24,000 nt of DNA from Limnothrix sp. RL_2_0 (GTDB lineage: Bacteria > Cyanobacteriota > Cyanobacteriia > Cyanobacteriales > MRBY01), in the NCBI GenBank assembly GCA_012033055.1, contig JAAUPR010000007.1, positions 42,493 through 66,492 of the forward strand. Direction: 5' to 3'. Positions 18,025 to 24,000 of this stretch are shown here, one piece after another. Made by a program: the position numbers and the translations under genes. Below the pieces are notes generated by a model. It was not told the origin of the DNA. It saw nothing but the letters and a program-made list of their open reading frames with translations, and did not search any database. Each line of letters opens with the position of its first letter. Within the stretch, counting starts at the first letter, position 1.

Positions 18025-18190
18025 AATGTTCTTTTTCTTTATCTAAATATCTATATCTAAGCCATTGTAGGCGATCGCCCTAATTAAGGCTTAAAGCAAA
18101 CCATGCCACCAGAACAAAGATCCCAATCTAGCCCCAGCAAATGTTGCAATTTGTTAAGCTGAAGCCTGAATTCATTTTCAATATCTGGCT

Positions 18191-19549
18191 ATGGTTGCAA
18201 GTTCCGTCTCTATTTCCGCCGCCGCGTCCCAAGAAAAATTTGATTGGCTAGAAGCATGGTATCCCGTGCATTTTGTGCAGGATTTAAGCAAAATCGAGCC
18301 AACCCGTTTTGTTTTATTAGAACAGCCCCTCGTAATTTGGTGGCAAGCAAAAACCCAGCAGTGGAACGTATTTCGGGATGTATGTCCCCATCGCCTCGCG
18401 CCATTATCAGAAGGACGAATTGTCGATGACTGTTTAGAATGCCCCTACCATGGCTGGCAATTTTCAGACATAGGTTCCTGCGAAAAAATCCCTTTTCAGG
18501 CCGAAGATAGTCAAGCCGAAAATAGCTCCCGCGCCACGGTGAAAACGTACCCTAATCGCGTTGAGCAAGGACTTTTATTTGTCTATGCAGGCAACCCAGA
18601 CAATGCCGAGTCCCACCCCATTCCCATCGTGCCTGTGCTGAACGAATATCCGGGGGAATGGGTCATGGCAGATGTTTGCCGAGATATCCCCTACGACACC
18701 ACGACATTACTTGAAAATGTTTTAGACACAAGCCATGTGGCTTTTACGCACCATCCCCGCGTCGGTAATCGTAAAAATGCCAAAGATTTTATCCTTGATG
18801 TCTCTGATTTGGCAAAAACGGGCTTTACGGGTAATTGGGAAGAAGGCCCCCGGCGAGGCACTTTAGGCTCCCAAAAAACAACTTTTACCGCGCCCAGCAC
18901 CATGTGGCATGACATCGAAGAAAGTCCATTTGGGCAAGTGATGACGATTGTATATGCAACGCCTACGGAAAAGGGAAAATGTCGGGCGATCGTGCGGTTG
19001 CCGTTTCGGTTTAAATCTGCGATTCCGCGACTTATTTTTAAGTACACGCCCCGCTGGTTTTCCCATGTTAATCAGATGGGCATTTTGGAGGACGATCAAA
19101 TTTTTCTGCACCTTCAGGAGCGGGAGCTTGAAAAATCCTCTAAAAATTATGCCCAAACTTGTTATTTGCCCACTAGTTCAGATTTGTTTGTGTTGGCCTA
19201 TCGCAAGTGGGTAGAGACCTACGGTGAACCTTTTGCGGATCAAACATTTGATAAGGCTGACATTCGCCACGATGTGATTTTAGAACGCTATCATTCCCAC
19301 ACTAAAAATTGTTCGAGCTGTGCCGGGGCTTTAAAAAATATCCAAAAAATTCGGTCAGCATCAATCGGTTTGATGTTTGTACTTTGGTTAGGATTACCCC
19401 TCGCTGCCATATATTCGCTCCCGATTTGGACTGTAGCGGCGATCGCCTCTACTTTAACTATCCTCGGTTTGGCATGGTGGCAACTAGGTAAATATGAACG
19501 AAAATTTTTCGATGGCGAATATCCACCGACCCGCAACTTTAAGGATTAA
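18191..19549 (+). CDS. Rieske [2Fe-2S] oxygenase of the PaO/Tic55/CAO-like family
   Basis: 452 aa: Rieske motif CPHRLAPLSEG...CPYHGWQF, mononuclear-iron region (NVLDTSHVAFTHH), a C-terminal CSSC motif and two TM helices, as in pheophorbide a oxygenase-like proteins. Confidence 0.8.
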   Translation: MVASSVSISAAASQEKFDWLEAWYPVHFVQDLSKIEPTRFVLLEQPLVIWWQAKTQQWNVFRDVCPHRLAPLSEGRIVDDCLECPYHGWQFSDIGSCEKIPFQAEDSQAENSSRATVKTYPNRVEQGLLFVYAGNPDNAESHPIPIVPVLNEYPGEWVMADVCRDIPYDTTTLLENVLDTSHVAFTHHPRVGNRKNAKDFILDVSDLAKTGFTGNWEEGPRRGTLGSQKTTFTAPSTMWHDIEESPFGQVMTIVYATPTEKGKCRAIVRLPFRFKSAIPRLIFKYTPRWFSHVNQMGILEDDQIFLHLQERELEKSSKNYAQTCYLPTSSDLFVLAYRKWVETYGEPFADQTFDKADIRHDVILERYHSHTKNCSSCAGALKNIQKIRSASIGLMFVLWLGLPLAAIYSLPIWTVAAIASTLTILGLAWWQLGKYERKFFDGEYPPTRNFKD

Positions 19550-19577
19550 AATAAGGATTAAAACAGCAAAATTAGGA

Positions 19578-20615
19578 CTATTTTTTGACTAACTGATAAA
19601 TATGCTGATTGTCGTTTAAATACAGACTATGGCTTGTTGCGGTGATTGTTTGATCGGCCTGCATTAGCGCATCAAGTTCCGATGGGTAGGGTTGTGTTTT
19701 GAGTTGTGATTGTTGGACAGACCACAGTTGTAAGCCTTGATCTGTAGTCACTAATAGCCCTAATTCCGTGGCGTAATGGCCTTCAATATTCGGGAAATCA
19801 ACACCATCAAAAATGTCGTGCGATCGCCGTTCACCTTGGGCATCAATCACACAAATATGATGTTGAATCTTGCCTTGATATTGCACAATAAAAAATAGCC
19901 AAATATCATGCCAAATAGCACAATTTACCATCAATATTTCGCCATTAATTTTAGGTAGAGAAACTTGATCATTAATGCCATGGTAGTGGGTCGAAAAAAT
20001 AAATCCAGTGAGTAAATTACCCGCTTGATAGAAGCCGAAACCAAGATCATTACCAAGCCAAAATTGTGTCTGTTCTGGTAAGATGTCACCCACAAAACCG
20101 TTACCCAAAGTGCCGTCTCGCCACAGCTTTCCCTGAGAAATCCAGTAGCGTTTTCCTCGGTGACATTGGAAGCAAGGTTGTTGGCGATAGGCTTCTACTT
20201 GGAGGGTTTCATCTGGCTGAATTTCTCCATTCAAAAAGCTCAAAATAGTCTGACCTTGCCCCACATAGGTGCGATCGCCATTGAGCCAAAAATTCAGAAA
20301 TGGACTGCGATCGCCTTTAAAGATCACCTGACCATTCTCGCGGGTAAATGTACCACCTTCCCAATAGAGATAATGGCAGTGGCGATCGCTGATATCGGCT
20401 TTCAAAATGCTGCCTTGTGTTGTGAAAATAGTTTGTAAATTAGCAAAAGTTGGTGAGGGAATAACCGCAATTTGAATATGACAATAGGGACAATGATTAT
20501 GACTATGAGTTTTGCCGCAACTTATGCAATTTTTCCACTGTAAATTCTTCAGTAATTGCAACGAAAATTGACCCCTTTGATCATTCTCAAAACAATTTTG
20601 AAAGTAATTCAGCAA
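19578..20615 (-). CDS. Zinc-ribbon plus aromatic/Gly-rich beta-repeat protein; probably the C-terminal portion of the upstream kinase
   Basis: 345 aa from a TTG start that overlaps the kinase stop by 7 nt. C-x2-C-x8-C-x2-C (NCISCGKTHSHNHCPYCH, nt 20481-20528). This is followed by recurring segments such as YLYWEGGTF, NFWLNGDRTYV, RYWISQGKLW, QFWLGNDLGFGFY and LQLWSV, suggestive of a beta-propeller-like fold (inference). No family recognised. Confidence 0.6.
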   Translation of the reverse strand: MLNYFQNCFENDQRGQFSLQLLKNLQWKNCISCGKTHSHNHCPYCHIQIAVIPSPTFANLQTIFTTQGSILKADISDRHCHYLYWEGGTFTRENGQVIFKGDRSPFLNFWLNGDRTYVGQGQTILSFLNGEIQPDETLQVEAYRQQPCFQCHRGKRYWISQGKLWRDGTLGNGFVGDILPEQTQFWLGNDLGFGFYQAGNLLTGFIFSTHYHGINDQVSLPKINGEILMVNCAIWHDIWLFFIVQYQGKIQHHICVIDAQGERRSHDIFDGVDFPNIEGHYATELGLLVTTDQGLQLWSVQQSQLKTQPYPSELDALMQADQTITATSHSLYLNDNQHIYQLVKK

Positions 20616-21412
20616 ATCATCATTAATATTTTGTAAGGTAAAGCAGGTTTTGGATATTTTACATCGGCATTAAATACTGTAATTCGGTGTAATGGACGGG
20701 CTGATTGGGGAATTTTCTTGTTTTTATAAATGCCGCCGTAGGGTTCCACATAAAGCAATGAGCGAAACAACATTACAGCAAAAGCATACCAGTCAGAATC
20801 GGTGTTATGAGTTACTGAAAGTTGTGGATAATCGAGGTGGCGATCGCATAATAAGGGGTCAACAAATCTTGCTGTAAATAACTGACAAATAAAAGTTTTG
20901 AATTGCCACGAATCTGTATCGATAAAATAAGGTGTATTTTGTTCTACTAAAATATTTAAATCGTTAAAATCGCCTACAATAATATTTGCTTGGTGAATTT
21001 TTTTTAAGGTATCGTGAATTTGAATAAAGAGTTTTGTGACCTGCTGATGATCAATGCCATTTTGCTCCCTAAATCGGCGATCGCCATAACGATATAAGGC
21101 ATTAGTTCCTTGCAGATAAGGCATTGTATAACCGAGGATTTTGCTGGATTTGTCTTGGACTAAGGCTGTCGGACTAAGAATATTCGCAGGTAAATTAGTT
21201 GGGAATTGCTGTAATTTTGTTTGATGTTCTTGGATTCGTTCCGCCGCCGACTTTTGCGCTTCTAAATTTTGCGAAAAATCAATATGATTGGGCTGTTTAA
21301 AAAGTTTGACAACCTCTTTTTTGTTTAGGCAATAAATTTCAGCTTCCCCACCTTTACCAATTATTTTACTTGGCGAAAGATTCACCTTTTTATTAGCAAT
21401 AAATACTTGCAT
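20609..21412 (-). CDS. Divergent Hanks-type Ser/Thr protein kinase domain protein
   Basis: 267 aa: Gly-loop IGKGGEAEIY, beta3 lysine VVKLFK, catalytic-loop equivalent IIVGDFNDLNILV (D-x4-N), and DFG-equivalent FIDTDSWQF. The HRD histidine and arginine are replaced (VGD). Confidence 0.7.
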   Translation of the reverse strand: MQVFIANKKVNLSPSKIIGKGGEAEIYCLNKKEVVKLFKQPNHIDFSQNLEAQKSAAERIQEHQTKLQQFPTNLPANILSPTALVQDKSSKILGYTMPYLQGTNALYRYGDRRFREQNGIDHQQVTKLFIQIHDTLKKIHQANIIVGDFNDLNILVEQNTPYFIDTDSWQFKTFICQLFTARFVDPLLCDRHLDYPQLSVTHNTDSDWYAFAVMLFRSLLYVEPYGGIYKNKKIPQSARPLHRITVFNADVKYPKPALPYKILMMIC

Positions 21413-21424
21413 AGGAAAACTCCT

Positions 21425-22099
21425 TTATTCTTCAAGATTGCGGCGTACAGAAATCAACGAAGTGTCATCCCGCAATACACCCTGCTTTTTGTTGGCGATC
21501 GCCAAACTTCTACGCACTTGATCTGGATTTTTAAAATACTTTTGTTGCTGCCAAAAATCGCTGAGATCTTGATACTTTTGCCAGTCATCAAGGCCATCTG
21601 TTCCGATTAGGAGCGACTCTAAATTTTCGGTGGGTAAACGAGTAATAATCCGTAGATTTTCGGTTGGATAAATGAGATAGGGCGGCGCATTATTCGCAAA
21701 TTCCCAGCGCGTAACTTCGCCATTGATCGCCAGCGTGCCATCGCCACAACCAAAAATAACCGCCTCTTTTGGGGTGATCACAAAACCCAATAGCGTAAAC
21801 AAATAGTATTTTTCGGCGGGCAACTGGGGCGGCAACTTTTGCAATATCTCTTCGCCCAACTCTCGGCAAGTGTCCTCATCGGTGATCAAATTAGGGTTTG
21901 CGGCGATCGCCTCAATGATCAATTCCACAGCTAGCCACGCCCCCACTTCACTGTGGGCACAACTCCCGCAACCATCGGCGACAACCCCCAGCAAATAATC
22001 ATCTCCGAACCGAACTGTAAGGGCATCTTGATTATTTTTGTTAACCCGCTGGTGTTCCGAGCCAATAATGGAACCCGCCGCCCATTGAAATTGCCGCAT
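21425..22099 (-). CDS. PP2C-family (PP2C_2-like) metal-dependent protein phosphatase
   Basis: 224 aa: GSEHQRVNKNNQDA, VVADGCGS, LIGTDGLDD and LRDDTSLISV, matching the metal-binding Asp motifs of compact bacterial PP2C phosphatases. It lies 12 nt upstream of the kinase ORF on the same strand. Confidence 0.75.
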   Translation of the reverse strand: MRQFQWAAGSIIGSEHQRVNKNNQDALTVRFGDDYLLGVVADGCGSCAHSEVGAWLAVELIIEAIAANPNLITDEDTCRELGEEILQKLPPQLPAEKYYLFTLLGFVITPKEAVIFGCGDGTLAINGEVTRWEFANNAPPYLIYPTENLRIITRLPTENLESLLIGTDGLDDWQKYQDLSDFWQQQKYFKNPDQVRRSLAIANKKQGVLRDDTSLISVRRNLEE

Positions 22100-22175
22100 T
22101 TTGTGCCGTGTTTAAATTACACTTTTATTCTAGTGTAAAAAAGACATTTTTGTTGCTGGCGATAGATTTTACGAC

Positions 22176-22210
22176 AAAAAAAATTCCCTAGCGGTCAGGC
22201 TGGGGAAATT
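22176..22210 (-). terminator. Candidate terminator downstream of the COP23-like gene
   Basis: On the minus strand there is an imperfect stem TTCCC (plus 22203-22207 as GGGAA) / GGGAA (plus 22184-22188 as TTCCC) with a 14-nt loop, followed by T8 (plus-strand A8 at 22176-22183). Confidence 0.35.
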
Positions 22211-22262
22211 CTGTAAATTTAAAAGGGTGATGCGAAAAGCTGGATTTTTAAACTTGTGGTTT

Positions 22263-23006
22263 TTAGCGGAATAAATCTGGGTTAAGGATTCTGGCGGGTG
22301 CGGATTGGCGATCGCTATTACGGCCTAATGTGCCGCCATCTGACTGATCAAGAAAGGGTTTGAGGTTAATGCCAGATCTGCCGTAGCCAGATTGAGGAGC
22401 TGTCATGGGACGATTGCCGCCGAAAATACCCTGTATTTGCCCCAAGAGGCCAGAATTTTGGGAGGAATTACCAGTAAAGGTGTTAACGCCTTGGGTCTGG
22501 ATGCCATCGTCGGCACTGGCGAGATTACTAAATACATCGTCGCGGGTACGGATCGCGTTTTGGCCGGGGGGAACAGTGAATACGATTTGGCAGGCGTTGT
22601 TTGCTTCTGTGGTGACGCAGACGACATCGTAATTATTTTCTGTGCCTGTGGTGAGTTCAACGAGGCCATCGCTTCTGTAGCTTTCTAGGCGACGACTGAT
22701 TTCATCGCAGCGACGTTGGGCTGTCCAGCCTCCTCCCATGCCTTGGGGTACTGCCCATGCGTAGGCTTCTCCGGGTTGACTTTCGGGGCGGTACATTACG
22801 GTGTAGTTCCCTTGGTCGAGCTGGCAAACGAAACGGCGATCGCCATCCACGACGACATCACCAGAACCAGTACCACCAGAAGAATCGGATTCAATCACAA
22901 CATCGGGAGGGGTTTGGGCAAAGGCAACGGCGGCGGTGAAGCCCAACATTTCTAGGCTAACAATCCCAACTTTTAACCAGTGGCGGTAATGCAAATTGCG
23001 TTTCAT
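22263..23006 (-). CDS. COP23-like (circadian oscillating protein 23 family) secreted protein
   Basis: Motifs RFVCQLDQGNYTVMY, AWAVPQGMGGGWTAQRRCDEISRRLES, YDVVCVT....C.IVFTVPPGQ and RDDVFSNL fit the cyanobacterial COP23 family as I recall it. The start is preferred at ATG 23006 (MKRNLHYRHWLKVGIVSLEMLGFTAAVAFAQ is a signal peptide) rather than at the longest ORF start, 23063. Confidence 0.7.
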   Translation of the reverse strand: MKRNLHYRHWLKVGIVSLEMLGFTAAVAFAQTPPDVVIESDSSGGTGSGDVVVDGDRRFVCQLDQGNYTVMYRPESQPGEAYAWAVPQGMGGGWTAQRRCDEISRRLESYRSDGLVELTTGTENNYDVVCVTTEANNACQIVFTVPPGQNAIRTRDDVFSNLASADDGIQTQGVNTFTGNSSQNSGLLGQIQGIFGGNRPMTAPQSGYGRSGINLKPFLDQSDGGTLGRNSDRQSAPARILNPDLFR

Positions 23007-23142
23007 CGTAAATTTTCCCAGCTCAACAACGAGATTCCAAGACTTTAATTCTTCTCTGGTCAATGACGCAGCAAAAGTTTCTGAGGTTCCCCTTGTAGGT
23101 CTGAAAATAGATGTGATATATTAACTGGGCTTAATAAAACAC

Positions 23143-23225
23143 GCGGACGTGGCGGAATTGGTATACGCGCTAGATTTAGGTTCTAGTGTCTTTACGGCGT
23201 GAGAGTTCGAGTCTCTCCGTCCGCA
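23143..23225 (+). tRNA. tRNA-Leu (anticodon UAG), class II with long variable arm, no encoded CCA
   Basis: Folded by hand. Acceptor GCGGACG/CGTCCGC with discriminator A; 3-bp D-stem GCG/CGC. Anticodon stem CTAGA/TCTAG with loop TTTAGGT (U33, anticodon TAG, G37). Long variable arm. T-arm GAGAG-TTCGAGT-CTCTC. Confidence 0.9.
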
Positions 23226-23255
23226 TTTCAAACACAATCTTATTGCCTTGAAGCC

Positions 23256-23585
23256 ATGGCTTTTTCTGACTCTGAATTTGAGGCGGCGATCGCCCAGCTT
23301 GAGCAAGACCTTGCGACATTAAAAGAACGCCACAACCAAGTTATCGCGGCTGAGTCTCGCATTGCAGAGCTTCAGGGACAGCAGGCGGAAATTGCGGATC
23401 AGTCACCAGAAATTCAGAAAGAGCAATCCCTCAAAACTGAGTTAAAGCTAATCCAAGCAGAAATTGAAAATCTAGAATTGAGCCTCGAAAGTAGCCTCTT
23501 AAATTGGCAAGAACCTTTCTGGCAAGTGGTACGCTTTGTCGGGCTAGGGATTCTGATCGGCTGGCTTCTAAAATCGTTTGCTTAA
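23256..23585 (+). CDS. Hypothetical coiled-coil protein with C-terminal transmembrane anchor
   Basis: The listed ORF (23199) begins inside the tRNA, so ATG 23256 (MAFSDSEFEAAIAQLEQDL...) is the plausible start. The sequence is heptad-rich and acidic/Gln-rich, followed by FWQVVRFVGLGILIGWLLKSFA. Confidence 0.55.
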   Translation: MAFSDSEFEAAIAQLEQDLATLKERHNQVIAAESRIAELQGQQAEIADQSPEIQKEQSLKTELKLIQAEIENLELSLESSLLNWQEPFWQVVRFVGLGILIGWLLKSFA

Positions 23586-23699
23586 TATCAAATTAATAAG
23601 CGCATATAAATAGAAAAAGTATTATTTGTGATGTGGAAGGGCGATCGCCCCGATTCCTAAAGTCATCCGATAAGCTAGAAAAAAGCCTAGGAAAATGTG

Positions 23700-24000
23700 A
23701 TGAGTGCAACCCTGACTGACACATCCAAATCCCTCACCCTTCAGGAATTTCTCGATTTGCCGGAAGGGGATGTTACCTACGAATTACAGGATGGGCAGGC
23801 GATCGCCAAAATGTCACCAAAAAGAATCCATTCCTGTTTACAACGCGCATTGCTCATGATTTTGTCCGACTGGGGCAATGACGATAATTCGCCTCTAGTT
23901 GGCGATGCCTATCCCGAATGGGCAATCTGTTTACAGCGAAACGAAGTCGATTGGTGTCCCGTTCCCGATGTCACCTATATTTCCGATGCCAAACTTGCAG
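23700..24000 (+). CDS. Uma2-family (DUF820) putative endonuclease, 3' end cut by window edge
   Basis: Hand translation from ATG 23700 gives MSATLTDTSKSLTLQEFLDLPEGDVTYELQDGQAIAKMSPKRIHSCLQRALLMILSDW...PEWAICL......PVPDVTYIS. This is the typical N-terminal pattern of the highly expanded cyanobacterial Uma2 family. The frame is open to the window end. Confidence 0.65.
   Translation, partial: MSATLTDTSKSLTLQEFLDLPEGDVTYELQDGQAIAKMSPKRIHSCLQRALLMILSDWGNDDNSPLVGDAYPEWAICLQRNEVDWCPVPDVTYISDAKLA

Noticed and set aside
8750-20626. Programmed -1 ribosomal frameshifting as the explanation for the ccmN, rbcX and kinase frame breaks
   Set aside because: None of the junctions has a canonical slippery heptamer such as A-AAA-AAG, and I could see no obvious downstream pseudoknot or hairpin. 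Three independent recoding sites in unrelated genes is less parsimonious than one-base indels. The idea is kept only as a minor alternative.
22117-22138. Inverted repeat TTACAC-N10-GTGTAA just upstream of the PP2C start, considered as a terminator
   Set aside because: No U-tract follows it in the correct orientation on either strand. It might be an operator for the cassette, but 6-bp arms in AT-rich DNA are weak evidence.
23121-23306. 61-aa minus-strand ORF, and the 23199 start of the plus-strand ORF, both overlapping the tRNA-Leu
   Set aside because: The region folds into a canonical class II tRNA, so ORFs across it are spurious. The downstream protein most plausibly starts at ATG 23256.
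22100-24000. Possibility that tRNA-Leu marks the integration site of a genomic island carrying the COP23, PP2C and kinase genes or the Uma2 gene
   Set aside because: I could spot no integrase, recombinase or direct repeat of the tRNA 3' end in the window. The cassette lies on the 5' side of the tRNA, and HIP1 sites are present throughout it. Composition alone (an AT-rich kinase) is insufficient.

Overview
Cyanobacterial chromosomal window: GCGATCGC (HIP1) octamers occur throughout and the gene content is diagnostic. From memory, RbcX and the SulP transporter look closest to the Synechococcus PCC 7002 / Leptolyngbya PCC 7376 group; this is not verifiable here. The left half (1-12.1 kb) is a contiguous CO2-concentrating-mechanism super-locus. 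It has ndhF-ndhD (short NdhF, CO2-uptake NDH-1 type) on the minus strand, divergent from a BicA-like SulP/STAS transporter. These are followed on the plus strand by ccmK2-ccmK1-ccmL-ccmM-ccmN and rbcL-rbcX-rbcS. The right half carries minus-strand housekeeping genes (chlD, tpiA, LD-carboxypeptidase, a small DUF3493-like membrane protein, an RseP-type site-2 protease) and a plus-strand PaO/Tic55-like Rieske oxygenase. Next comes an AT-rich minus-strand cassette: PP2C-like phosphatase, then a divergent Hanks-type kinase, then a zinc-ribbon/beta-repeat protein. The window ends with a COP23-like secreted protein, tRNA-Leu(UAG), a coiled-coil tail-anchored protein and a 3'-truncated Uma2-family gene. 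Most noteworthy: (1) the PP2C-kinase-Zn-ribbon cassette is the best candidate for an uncharacterised signalling or conflict system; it resembles TerY-P/YegI-PphC modules but lacks the vWA partner. (2) Three unrelated genes (ccmN, rbcX, the kinase) each show a reading-frame break needing the same one-base correction at a short mononucleotide run. An RskA-like gene fragment also carries an in-frame TAG. This points to assembly indels or real decay, and reads would settle it. (3) Several strong RNA or operator-like structures sit inside the ccm/rbc operons. No CRISPR array, transposase or integrase was seen.
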